This document shows positions 12,569 to 25,597 of a DNA stretch of 64,000 nt, piece after piece (the stretch's first letter is position 1; each line of letters begins with the position of its first letter). Made by a program: the position numbers and the translations under genes. The notes beneath the pieces are model-generated. The model ran no database searches. It was not told the DNA's origin and saw nothing but the letters and a program-made list of their open reading frames with translations. The DNA comes from Octopus vulgaris (taxonomy: Eukaryota), in NCBI GenBank assembly GCA_951406725.2, contig OX597829.1:56854001-56918000 (forward strand), in the 5' to 3' direction.

Positions 12569-13645
12569 GTAAGTACTCACCACCACGTTCAACACAAGCA
12601 CAACAAACTTTAATATTTCAATGAAATTTAACCACCACACTCTGCTTTTATCAACAGATAATTTATTTGTTTGGAAAAGCAGCAATTTATGAAGTTTTGC
12701 GCCTTTTTTTAAACAAAATTTCCCGACTCCCTCCCCCCCTCATTCATCTCCGTCTCATGTCTTTCCTCTTTTCCCGTCTCTCTGCCTCTCTGTCTCTCTC
12801 TCATCTGTCTTCATAATTCCAAGTGGAGATTGTTAAGAAAATTAGCACCAGAATCGTATATCAGTATTATTTTTACTTACTAAATATCCCCGGAATCTCT
12901 TAATTTGTTGACTTTTTGAGAGAAGAAAATATATTCCACTCCTTCCTTCTTTTTGGTATAAATTTCTGCAGAATTACCAAATAATATTTAACTTGTCGAA
13001 GGAATACCAAAGCAAACCCCTTTTATCTGAATCAAAACCCTTCCTTTTTCGCCCCAATTCATTAATTTCTCTCTCTCTCCTCTCTGCCCCCCCCCTTTTC
13101 CGTCCCGCCATTTTGACCCTTTTAAACCGCGCCTAATTAATTAATGTTTCTCTGCTTTAATTCACATTCACAAACAACTCTTCTTATTAACCACACAATA
13201 AATGACCGAGTATTCATAATGCGGTGGTCGGTGGAAAGCAGCAAAGAACAACACCAAACGACATTGAAAGCGAGAGAAACTCCTAATCACACTTTTTGAC
13301 AAGTATTTGTTGTCATTTTCCCCTTTTCTCAAATGTCTTCTTAAAAACACAAATTCAATCGTTTCTCACTGCAGTTTATTATGTTTTACTTTCATCACTA
13401 TTTAATTCTGTTTTAGATTTAAATTAGAAACAGAATTCTCATCAGACATTTGTGGACTTTGAGAATATTTTTTTTTATATTTAAAACCTTTGATGATTTT
13501 TCATAAAATGTCATTTTGTCAATGTTTCACTGTTTTCAATGTATTTGTGGGGTTTTTTTTACCCGCATTCACACGCTCGCACGTGTGTAAATACAGCCAC
13601 ACACCCGTCTATAGATGTGTGTATAGGCACTCGCGCGCACGTGTA

Positions 13646-13679
<34 letters not shown>

Positions 13680-13710
13680 ATAATGATGTAATATGTTTGA
13701 ATACTTGGTC

Positions 13711-13743
<33 letters not shown>

Positions 13744-15589
13744 AATGATGTGATGTCTCGTGCTTACTTGGAAGCATTGTGTTGACAGCAATTTAATTTG
13801 TTTTCGTTCTCCAATGTCTTTCTAATCATTAATTAGATTTTATACATTTATATACGAGTCTTTCCTATCAGTAGATAACTCCTCTCTCACCAGACTTCTG
13901 CAGCTACACTGTATCTTGAAGCAGCAGACCAGAATTGGTCTGCACAGTTTCACACCACTGGACTGCAGGCCAACTCTGAATATGTCTTGTTTACTTTGTG
14001 TCAAGGTTGGTGGGAGATGCACTTTGAGTCACAATCTGTGGCAGTTAGCTTTCAGGCAGTTTCCAACAGATTGGGTTCATGGCAGCATCCTGCAGCTGGG
14101 AGGAAGTAGAAGTCTCGCCACTGCTTCACTGCAAAAATCGTGAAGTTGGGAAAGGCACACTTCCAACGCCACTCCATATTCTCACTGTGCTTGTTTCTTT
14201 CCTTAGGTCCCTAAAAAAGGAAAAGAATCTTGCAATAGGTATAAAATTTGAATGTACTATACTTACATCAGTGTTTCAGGCAACAGCTATTGGTAACTAG
14301 GAAGCTGCCTTCTACAGGTCCTTGTATGACTAGGCAACCCTATTTCTTCAGATAAGAAGTTGCAGCTGTCAGATTCAAGTTGGTAAAAAGCATCCAGACC
14401 ATTTCGGTCAGATCTCTAGCACAGTTGTTGTTTTGAATGAAATGTTCAATGTCCGCAGAAGATCTCTGGGCAATTTTTATCACACTGCTTTTTTAAAGCC
14501 TTGGTGAATGTGAAAGACCCTTCAGGAGGTTTGAAATGTCTTTTATCATCATCCTGACAACTCACCAGCACTTTTCTGCAGTGCTGCCATCTGGGCCAAA
14601 TAATATTTAGAAATCTTGAAGGGTGGTTGCCTCTGTTCAGGACTTGTAGAATATTCACATAAAAATTTGGCTACCTGCCTCTGCCAGTTCTCACAGGCAT
14701 GATGGTTCATTTTATATATATATATATATATATATAGTCAAAACAAAACTGTCCAAATGGGAACGTGAAACTCTGAGTAACAGTTTTTGTGATATTTTTG
14801 CTGTGATGTATATATACGCACTGGCGTGGTTGTGAGGTAAGAAACTTGCTTCCCAGCCACTTGGTTCCAGGTTCAGTCCCACTGCCTGGCACCTTGGGCA
14901 AGTTTCTACTGTAGTCTCAGATCAAGCAAAGCCTTGAGTGAATTTGGTAGACGGAAACAGAAAGATACCCATCGTGTGTGTATATATATATATATCATCA
15001 TCGTTTAACGTTTGTTTTCCATGCTAGCACAGGTTTGATGGTTTGACCGGGGTCTGGGAACCCAGGAGGCTGCACCAGGCTCCAGTCTGATCTGGCTGTG
15101 TTTCTACAGCTGGATTCCCTTCCTAATATATATATATATATATATATATATAATGTGTGTCTGTGTTTGACCTCTCCACCATTGCTTGACAACTGATGTT
15201 GGTGTATTTACATCACTGTAACTTAACATTTCAGCAAAAGAGACCAATAGAATAGGTACTAGGCTTACAAAGAAGTCCTGGGATTGATTTGTTTGACTAA
15301 ATGAGGTGCCCCAGCATGGCCGCAGTCAAATGACTGAAACAAGTAAATGAATAAAAGAATATATATGAGTCTGGTATTTATATCAATTGACTCAATGTAT
15401 TATCAATTATATGAAACTTGTGGTTTTGTCTGAAGATTTTCAGAAAATAATGATGAAATTATTAACTGACATAAATGTAAAAATATAATTTTGTGAACTG
15501 GCTGTGTGTTTGATTGATATATAGTTTTGTTTTAGTATAATTACCTGTGAATACCTAAGTTCTGTTCATATGTATTTTTTATCTCCTAG

Positions 15590-15661
15590 GTCTTGAATCT
15601 TTACCTATAGAACTCCAAAGAAACTTCACTCTCATGAGAGATCTTGATCAACGTGTACAAG
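15590..15661 (+). CDS. ING5: ING5 exon 2
   Basis: (S)LESLPIELQRNFTLMRDLDQRVQ, AG/GT boundaries, 72 nt. Confidence 0.93.
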
Positions 15662-16261
15662 GTAGTGATTTTTATATTCCTAATTTTTATAAAAATTTCT
15701 TTGGAAGTTCTCAAAAGAAATGGTTGTGTAGCAGGGAATTTGATAATTATACTTTTGGTGTGTGAGTTAAAAAAAATTTTTGCAACAGTTTCTTCACAAT
15801 TTTTTTAGTGAGGGTGGGGAGTAGATGCTTAATTCATGATTTGTGTGTATATATAAAACTTTTTTGTGGATTGTCAACCATTAAAGCATCAACCAAAATA
15901 TTTTCAAGTACCATGGTAAATTTAATCATCTAACCCTCCCCACAGTTTATCAGCAGCAATAGTATTGTAGGAGCAGTGAAGTCTTTTATGTTCTGACTAT
16001 GATGCCTGGTCCATCTGTTCCTGGTTGATTGACCCCCCCCCCCAATTGAACCTAATGAAGCAGTCTTAAATGGTCAGAGGCATTCCTGCAATAGTCACTT
16101 CTTCTAATAAAGAGTCAAAAAATGCAAGTTGGTGTTAGTTGATATTTTGCCCCACAGCAGAAATATCAAAACAGGCTACCTGTGTTTGAATGACATAAAA
16201 TAACCAAAATTGTATTACTTATAAAGACTTATGCTGTCATTTCAATTTCTTATTCTTTTAG

Positions 16262-16428
16262 ACACAATGAAAGAAATTGAAAAAATAGCTGAAATATTTT
16301 TGCGAAATGTCAGGACTATGAACAAAGATCGTCGGCTTGCACATTTAGATTCCATCAATTTAAGATACAATAAAAGCCTTGGATTTGGTGATGATAAGGT
16401 CCAACTAGCTATGCAAACTTATGAAATG
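16262..16428 (+). CDS. ING5: ING5 exon 3
   Basis: (D)TMKEIEKIAE...GDDKVQLAMQTYEM. Donor GTGAGT, 167 nt. Confidence 0.93.
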
Positions 16429-17157
16429 GTGAGTTTCCTTAATTTAAATGTTATAATTTTTGCTTTTTTTTTTCTTCTTCCCCATTTTTGTTGAATATTT
16501 AAAGTGAAATGTAAAAGCTCTAAAATCTGATTTCAGTTTATTTTTCTTTAAAATTGAATGCAAACTATTTAACATAGCTGCTAAATATAATTCATGAATT
16601 ATCCACCCACACTTTCCAGTTCATTGTATTCTTTTATGCCTACCTTCTTGTATCTTGGGATTACTCTCTGACATTTTGTTACCACAATCCTCATCATTCC
16701 AGCTACTCCCATCCATCTTTCTCTGATGCAGAATAGCCATATTGCCTGACAAAGCCACCTCTCTCTCTCTCTCCACTAAGTCTTCCTCACTCAAGAGGAA
16801 GTTGTTTTCTTTGACTTACAAGTTACTTAAACAATGTCAGTATCATTGATATGGAAAAAAAAAGGCACCCAGCCCTTGCTGTAAGGTGGCTGTTTTTAGG
16901 AAGGACATCCAACTGTAAAAACCATACCAATGCAGATTTTGGAATTTGACAGTCTTCTGGTGTTTTTTAATATTGTCAAACCAATCTGTGCTGTCACGGA
17001 AGACAGATATTCAATGATGTGGTGATTATGATGAGATCCTACAAATTCTTTCAATAGGATTCACTGGTCCTCATACAAAACGATTGTAAGCTAGAATATT
17101 TTATTTATCCTTTATTGTTTTGTGTTTTTAATTTTGTCTTTTTTTACCTCTTCAAAG

Positions 17158-17251
17158 GTTGATAAGCATATACGTAAATTGGATGCTGATTTAGCGAGAT
17201 TTGAAGCAGATTTGAAAGAAAAGAGCATTACAAAACCAAAAGAAGGTCCAA
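17158..17251 (+). CDS. ING5: ING5 exon 4
   Basis: [31 protein letters not shown]. Donor GTATGT. Confidence 0.92.
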
Positions 17252-17813
17252 GTATGTTTTAATCTCTCTAACTGCAACGAAATAATTCCCTATCAATTTT
17301 GAAAATTGGGTTTACTGAAAAATTAAATTAATAATTACATATGAGAGTAAAAGATTTCTGCACACATGAATATACTCTCCGTGGTTGACTGTTTTGAAAC
17401 GTTTGTAAATGGGATGGTTTTTTAAAAATTTGGGTTGACTTCTGAATTATTGGGAAGTAAAATGTTCTTAGCTGTATGATGGAAGTTACACACTGCAACA
17501 GACAGAGTAATATTAGCTCAGTGATGAAATAAATTCATTGATTGTAACTTTAAAGTTATGAACTTATGCGTCACTATCCATCACTTGGGCTTGCAGTAAT
17601 GACCTCTTTGTTACTGCATCATTCTAGTTCTCTCTAGCAGCCTGATGTTATCGAGAGGTAATTGATCAAATTTAAATGTAGTATTCCATCCATGTTACCC
17701 CCACCTTAAAATACTAGACTCTGAAACATTAATGATAAACAGAGTAAGTCTGAGTAGAATGTTAAGTGATTGAATATTGATGAGTTTTTTTATTTTTATA
17801 TTTGTAATTTCAG

Positions 17814-17916
17814 CTATCAAAGTAAAAGATAAAAAGAAGAGGAAATCTCTGAAGACAGAATATGAAGATGAGATTCCTAAAAAGAAGAAAAATAAGAAAT
17901 CCTCACTACAAATTCA
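17814..17916 (+). CDS. ING5: ING5 exon 5 (basic NLS region)
   Basis: (T)IKVKDKKKRKSLKTEYEDEIPKKKKNKKSSLQI. Phases fit both neighbouring exons, but the donor GTAATA is weaker. Confidence 0.8.
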
Positions 17917-18906
17917 GTAATATTGCTTTTCGTTGTTCTTTAGTTTTTCCAATTGTTAAAGCTTTTGCTAATTAATTTATCAAATTACATTAGTTTTTGC
18001 ATTTTCTTATTTTCTATCCTATTAAAAGAAAGGTAGTTGACTAGGTTTATGGAACAAAGATATTTTTAGAATTTATTGGAAACTCTTAATTTGTAACCCA
18101 TTTCATTAAGATGTTTTACAAATATTTCTTTGTATATGGGATGTCCATTTCATAAACTTTTACCAAAGTTAAGCTTTTATTTATCGGTAGCTTTTTTGAA
18201 TAAGAGCAAAAAAATGGAAATATGTTTACAGAAGTTAGAACATATTTTATATGGGATGCCGTATAAAAAGTGAATAACTTCTTAAAAGATAATAGATTGT
18301 TTGTGTGTGTTATAAATATAATTACGTGAATGATTGTGAGATGTGGGTGGTGAAGCAGAGGATATGTAAGGGTTGGAGGGACGTATGTTCATATTTTGTT
18401 GGATGTGTAATATTAGTGTGCATGAATGTGATGATACAAAAGGACTGTTTAAGCGGAATCAGTTATAGCATTGAAGAACGAAGATTGTCAGTATAGAAAT
18501 GATGAGTATGAAGAAGAACAGATGGATAAAAGTGCTAGGAATGTCCGAGTGAAAGAGGAGGATTGAAGGAAACTTGGACAGAAGTGGTAAAAAAAGCTGA
18601 TTTCAGAATGTTGAAATTCACACAAGCGAGTGACAACAATACAACAAATTGTAAGAACACATCTAACCCAAGCAAGCATGAAAAAGTGGACATAAAAAAT
18701 AACTTCAAGTATAAGTTTATGTAAAATATTTTATGGAAGGTACATAAAGAATAGTGTCAGAATGAGGAGAGCAGCAGTGCAGTTATCATCCAAGTGATGT
18801 ATGGTTTCAGTAAATTGCAAATTGACAGTATTTATGCCAATATAAATTTCACCAAGGTGTAAATATGTTTTGTTTTTTTTTCACCCCCTCTCTAATTTTT
18901 TTCTAG

Positions 18907-19057
18907 GCCTGATATGGAGAATAGTTTGCCATCATTACCACTCTCTATCACTCATCCATCAGATGTTCTTGATATGCCTGTAGATCCTAATGAACCAACA
19001 TACTGTCTTTGTCATCAAGTATCATATGGTGAAATGATTGGCTGTGATAATCCTGAT
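18907..19057 (+). CDS. ING5: ING5 exon 6 (start of PHD finger)
   Basis: [35 protein letters not shown]. Donor GTAAGT. Confidence 0.95.
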
Positions 19058-20464
19058 GTAAGTTGCTTTGGTTTTTCTCTATAATTTGATACTGTATTTT
19101 ACAGGGAGAAACAAATTGCTTAGTTTTTGCATTTCTTTTTTTGTAATATTATCATAGGCTGTGCAGTTCAGTTATTGTTTTTGCAGTTAGATGTTCCTAT
19201 TTCCAACCCTTTCTTGTTATCTTGTTATACGAGTGTGGTTTAACCAACCTCTCTCTCCTAGAGCACAGCCACAGGACATTATCTTCACTAGAAATGTAAA
19301 TATGACAGTTTTTGGGACTCAGATGATCTCATGTGAGGTCAGCTTTTACACATACAGAGGGATTCTATTTAGTTTGTCTACAATTCCACTCATAGGATAT
19401 TTGTTAGCCCAAGGAGCTGCATGGTGAGACTAACCTTGTGGTCTGAATGAAACACCTGCACAGCCTTCCCTACATATGTACTTGTACACAAACACACGTG
19501 TGTGTTTTATAGTTTAAGATCTCTTCTAAATATATTTTACACACGGACATTGCTAAATTTCAGTTGCTACTGTCAAATACTCTTTTTTTTTTAATTTCTG
19601 AAAATCCAGGGTACTGAGTCTTATGTACTTAGCTTTCTTTTTTGTTTTGTTTTATATATAATCTTCCTCTGAAGATAAAACCAGTTTGTCTTTACAATTG
19701 TGTAGCACGGATCAGCTGTGATCCAGCCTATTACCATGAGCCAAGGACCAAACTGTAGACCCCAGTATGCAGTTTTTAATAAGTGTGGCAGCATTACAGG
19801 TGTTAAATTCCTTTCTCATCTTAACTCTGCACTTGTGTGTGTGTGAGTGATAAGTAATAGATGGATCTTTAGTGTTTGATCAGCTGAATTGAATTAATGT
19901 TTAAGTAATTGAGCATTCCGGTGACAGTTGTATCCATAACATATTTCTTGAGCAGTGTACATGACAAGGCTATACAATCCATCTGTCTGCTTCCATATAG
20001 GTTCTATATATCCAGTTTCACTTATAAGGTACGAGTTGATCTGGGGTCATATAAAATGACAATTTCCCAGCATGCCACTTATTGAGGTGAGATCTTGGTC
20101 TTTTTGGTTGCAAAGAAAACTTAACCATTCAGACATACACCATAAGGTATGTTCACACACACACAAACACTGGATCCTCAGTTTAGACACCTCATCGCAA
20201 ACAATTTTTCAGACATAAAATTTCTTGGGTGATGAATGTTGTCTTGAGTAACAAATATGCAATCTGGCAACAAGCTGGGTGTACCAGTGGTAGGAGAGCA
20301 TCACTTGCTGTCAGACATTTGTTTAGTGCACATCACTGATTGGAATTTCCTATGGGAAAAATTTTTGAACATTTTTTGAATGGTCTTCAGGAATGAATTA
20401 AATTTGTACCACTCTATACACTTCAGAACCTTGATTTTGAATAAGTGATTTTTATTTTTTTTAG

Positions 20465-20566
20465 TGCCCTATAGAATGGTTTCATTTTGCTTGTGTTGGG
20501 CTTACAACAAAACCAAAAGGAAAATGGTACTGTCCACGCTGTCAAGAGGAACGAAAGAAAAAATGA
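20465..20566 (+). CDS. ING5: ING5 exon 7 (end of PHD finger, stop)
   Basis: [33 protein letters not shown]. The spliced CDS totals 726 nt (241 aa). Confidence 0.95.
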   Translation, partial: CPIEWFHFACVGLTTKPKGKWYCPRCQEERKKK

Positions 20567-20813
20567 AAATAGAAGAAAGTAAAAAGACATCCATATATTC
20601 TGTGTTGTTCACTCATATGCAAGTGGCTTTGTTTTTATGTATTTCAGAAAAATCAGACATTTGTGCAGTTAGCATTGTATTTATTTTCCTTTGTGATATT
20701 GGTTCTTTCAGTTATACTTTAGTTATTCACAAAACTCCTGAATTAACCCTTTTGCATTCAAATTATTTTGTCATGTTATGTCTATTTATTCATGCATTAT
20801 CGTGTCATTTTAT

Positions 20814-20819
20814 AATAAA
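20814..20819 (+). terminator. Candidate ING5 polyadenylation signal
   Basis: First AATAAA about 250 nt after the stop, followed by T/GT-rich sequence. Confidence 0.5.
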
Positions 20820-21606
20820 AATGATGTAACTGCTTATTTTTAGGACAGTGTATGGTAGGTGTGAGAGGCTGTATCTGGCTAGTTTGAAAATAAACAGGAT
20901 ATTTTAGCTAGATATGGCCTGTTTGACTACTAAACGGTTAATAGATCCAGTCAGTGAGTTGTGGCCATGCTGGGATATGTTTCATTAGCAAAGAGCTGTC
21001 TTGTTTGTTTCTGTATGCTGGTGGATATTTTTCTTACTGCACTTTCTGATTGATACAATTGAAACACTAAATGGTTGTGAAGAGATCCTTGAACTACACA
21101 GCCATATTTGCGCCCATATATTTTGTTATTCCATAGTAGCAACAATAACATACTAAATAAAGTATATTTACTCTGGTACCAAATCAAGCATAACCGCCAC
21201 CACAGGTCATTTGTTTAAAAGTATCTATATACACCAGCATATTTGCAGTCATCTTTGTAATCACCGTGGAGCCCATGTATGTTGCCATAACTACCAAGAC
21301 TTAACTATATAGCTTTTTTTCTTTTCTTTTTACTAATCTGCTCTTTTTTTAACTCAGAATCACTTCTGGTAAAATAGCTGTAAAAAAGAACATTTACTGC
21401 ATCTTTATTCATTTACTTGTTTGTGATTCGGCTGCAGCCGTGCTGGAGCACTGCCTCAAAGGGTTTTGGTCAAATTGACCCCAGACCTCATTTCTTTTGA
21501 AGTTAAGTACTTATTCTATTGGTATTCTTATCGCTAAGTTATAGGGACATAGACATATAATATATATGTATATATATATATGTATGTATATATATATACA
21601 CAACTC

Positions 21607-22440
21607 ATAAACAAGGGCAAAAGAAAAAATTCTAATGCCGAAAATAGACTTAAGTCGTCAATAACCATATAATTCATCACTATAAGCACACGTCTCGAAA
21701 GCCGACAGAAATTTCTAAAAAATTCTGTTATCGAATCGGCCTTGATTTCAGAGTTAATTCATAAGAATTTTCTACTCGTTAGTGATAAATACGGTAGGAA
21801 ATAAATGAAATACTTACTTATACCAATGGAAGAAGCAAACACTAAGTCATGAGTACACTTAAGTACCCCAAATATATCCAAAATAGAAATTATATAGCAC
21901 ACCCCGAGACACGTGTGATCAGACTGAAAATTCTCAGTGAGAGAGAGTCCGGAAGTGAATAGTATTAAATTTACATCTAATATAGGATAAAATTTTTCGA
22001 AAAAAATTCTATCAATGGCCAGCATATTAAAAAATACCTTTAAAGGTTAAATTTATAAACAACTTAAAAACAAGAGCAAAAGAAAACTCTGAGAATTTTC
22101 AGTCTGATCACACGTGTCTCGGGGTGTGCTATATAATTTCTATTTTGGATATATTTGGGGTACTTAAGTGCACTCATGACTTAGTGTTTGCTTCTTCCAT
22201 GGGTATAAGTAAGTATTTCATTTATTTCTTACCGTATTTATTGATGACGAGGAGAAAATTCTTATGAATTAACTCTGAAATCGGGGCTGATACGATAATA
22301 ATGGAATTTTTTAGAAATTTCTGTCGGCTAACTTCCAGATGCGTGCTTATAGTGATAAATTATATGGTTATTGACAATTTAAGTCTATTTTTGGCATTAG
22401 AATTTTCTTTTGCCCTTGTTTATAAATTTAACCTTTAAAA
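21607..22440. mobile_element. Large palindromic Penelope-like element with a decayed hammerhead in each arm
   Basis: Arms of about 330 bp at 21607-21937 and 22089-22423. A partial extra copy of the terminus lies at 22039-22088. (TA)n on both flanks. Confidence 0.8.
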
Positions 22441-24086
22441 TATATATATAGAAGAGCATAGGCTTGAAATGTAAAAAACTTTTTCTATTCCTGAGTGTTA
22501 TACATCTTTTGTTTTGTACACCACCTGTCTTCGTCCTTTTTTTTTTTTTTTTTCGTAAACTCTCCCTATATATATATATGACAAGCTTCTTTCAGTTTTT
22601 GTCTTCCAAATCCACTCAAGGCTTTGGTTGGTCTGAGGCTGTAGAAGACACTTGTCCAAAGTGCCATGCAGTGGTTCTGAACCTGGAACCATGTGGTTGG
22701 GAAGCAAGCTTCTTGCCACACAGCCATGTCTGCAGGTATAGAAATACTTATTGAAATATTACAGTAAGATTTTAATTGATAATTTATAGTAATTGAGTTA
22801 TTGCAAGTTTGTAACCAGCTGGTTACATTTTCATGGATGTTTGCAGAATGTTTTACCTGAAGAATTTATATTTTGTTTTCCAGAATTTAACAGCTGTTTC
22901 TCAGAATTCTTTTAACTTCCTCATCTTGATTATTGACAACTCCTTGAGGGATTTGCAGATGTAGGATGTATCAATAATTTTAAATGAGACATTTTGTAAA
23001 TATTAGATATGGTGCTGTCTTTCCTTCTCTCTCTCTCTCTCTCTCTCTCAACACACTCCCATCACTATCATACAATTCAAGGTTAGGTGTTGTTTTATGT
23101 ATTAATTTAAAAACCAATATAAACACCATCTTCAAATTCATTAATTTCACTTAATTCCAGCTTATCTATTTTGCTTCTGTCTTTTGTAACTGGTTCTATA
23201 TTGCATTAGAAATTCCCTGGAAGCTGAAGTCCGTTTCATTTGTCTGCCATCTCTTCAGTACTACTTGCCATGTATGTATGTGCATTGCTTTAGTATCCAC
23301 TTTAACATGCATGTATGAGTCAAACGTAACTTGTTAAGGCAGATTTTCGTTGGCTGGATGTTCTTCCTGTTTCCAACCACCATCTCTTACCAAACAGGTT
23401 ATTATTTTCCTTAGTCTTTCCAGCAAAATATACTTCAATGGCCAGATGTTTTTGCAGATTTTAAATAAATGACACTGCATGAACAGAGATTTTTCCAGTG
23501 AACCAACATGCAGACAAAGGAAAGACCTGAACGTGTGTGTGTGTGTATGATAGGCATGCTTATTGTGGTTTCTGTCTACAAATCTGCTCACAGAAAATTA
23601 GTCAGATTGTATCTATAGTTGAAGGCACTGAGCATCTGGACTAAGAGGACCTCTCAATCACAGAGCCACATATTTGTGTACATGAGCACACACACAAACA
23701 CATGTATTGTACCAGATATTTTATGACACAACATGGTAGCTGGAAATTTGGTTCCAGTGCAAGAATTTTTTTTTTTTTTTTGGTTAATGTGGGTTGAGCA
23801 ATACAGGTAGTTTTATGTGCTTGCAGGCAACTGTCCAAGCTTCTTGATGTGAGTCATTATTTACCTTGCTTGGAAACAAGTGATTGCTGGCATCCAGCTG
23901 TAAAAAAAAAAAAAAAATGTGCTTCAGTGAATTCTGCCTGACCCATGCGAGCGTGTGCAAAAGTGAATATTGAAACTATATGTAATTGTTTTTATGTGTA
24001 AGTATGTATGGACAAACATAAATTGCCAAATAATGCCATACTTTTATATAGTCTCATGTTTGTATCTCTATATACACATTTATATA

Positions 24087-24611
24087 CAAGGGGTTGCTGA
24101 AAAGTTCTTGGCTTTGGGTGAAAGAAAAATACCTGAAGATAAATTATTTTATTCAGCATGTTCCCATCTCAGATTCACACACTTATTGCAACAGTCCTTC
24201 AGTTTTTCTAAGCCCTGTAAAAAGAACTCATCCTTGTCCTCTGTGATTGCAGAAGTTGGCCATCCTGATTGGGACTCATTTGGGACCTCAAAACGACCAG
24301 TCTGAAATCTTGACACCCAGGTTTTCACTGTGGAGTAAGATGGGCAGCCATCCTTCAAGACTTCTTTATCTTGCCATGGATTTCTACTCCTGCTTTGCCT
24401 TGCAGAAAGAGGAACTTCATAACTGCCCATGCTTCAATTTTACAAAAATCCACTGTAAGAGCTGCCATCATGCATTAAATCTACAAAAAAATGATATATA
24501 TTGTGATTTTTTTGCATGTCTTCTAAATAGTTGTCCTGTCTCTCCTGTAAAGGTAACAGCTCAACCCTTTTGCAATGTCCTTAAAGCCAGGAACTTCTCA
24601 GCAACCCCTTG
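24087..24611 (-). mobile_element. Internally deleted mariner transposon
   Basis: 29-bp TIRs CAAGGGGTTGCTGA(A/G)AAGTTC(T/C)TGGCTTT with TA at the left end. ORF 24149-24430 fuses the N-terminal HTH (PSYSTVKTWVSRFQTGR..SGWP) to the C-terminus (FFLQGLEKL..NKCV). Confidence 0.88.
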
Positions 24612-25597
24612 CATTGTATGTACATATGAGAAAAGAACCTGGCTGTCATTGACTTGGTACTCCTTTATTCCATCTGTTAAATGTTTCAGTATTTAGCAGC
24701 ACGTTACATCACATCAGAAGATGTGCTCTATAGGAGCTGCATGGTGAGCATTGTTGGGCAGGAAATATAAGACCAACAGCAACCAAACACATTGGAGGCT
24801 TGGGCGAGAATGGGAGACAGTAGGCAGATTGGAAGAAAGCCAACTGACATTACCACAGGTTGGACTGGTATTTGTGAGGGTAGAATTTAGTCACTTGGCA
24901 GGGGGTGAGAGATGGCATAGTAGCTAGGAGCTACTTCTGGTCAGTAACCTGGCCCACTTGTAAACATACATATGTACCTGTGTGTATGTATATCATCATT
25001 TAATGTCTGTTTTCCATTTGGGATCTAGAGCCACTCTAGATCCCATTGTTTTGGCATGGTTGGATGCCCTACCTAACACCAACCTCTTTACCAGGTGTTG
25101 TTGGTGCTTTTTACATGACACCAGCTTCAGCAGGGTCGACAAGTACTTAGTAAACATGTGCATACACTCATGTATGTATATAAATATATATGTATATACA
25201 CACTACGAATCACATCAACATCAATAATAAATAGCAGTGGTAGTGAATTGATTTGACAGCAATAAGAAATTGCAAAGGTAGTAAAGATGACCACAAAGGC
25301 CTGACACAGAGTAACGATAAACAGGTAAGAACAACCATGTGTGTACACAGGGTGGAGAGTGCTGAGGTGAAGATGGATGCCAGTCTACCATGTGGTAATG
25401 TCATTTGTTGTTTTGCCAACCTATCTTATTTGTTTTGCTCATCCTGCCACTGTTTAAATTTGGTTGCTGTTGGTCTCTTACTTCTTGTCTGACAATATAG
25501 TTCTTCATCACGCTGGCCCTGTGTTGCGATGCCATGTGTTACTGAATATTGGAATGCATGCAACAGTGGCAATAAAGGATTTCCAAATGAATGGAAA

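Noticed and set aside
18740-18812. Possible extra ING5 exon (one frame reads HPSDV)
   Set aside because: No clean acceptor or phase-compatible open frame. Exons 5 and 6 already join in frame to give a normal-length protein.
20464-20829. 121-aa ORF in the supplied track
   Set aside because: It is an off-frame overlap of ING5 exon 7 and its 3' UTR.
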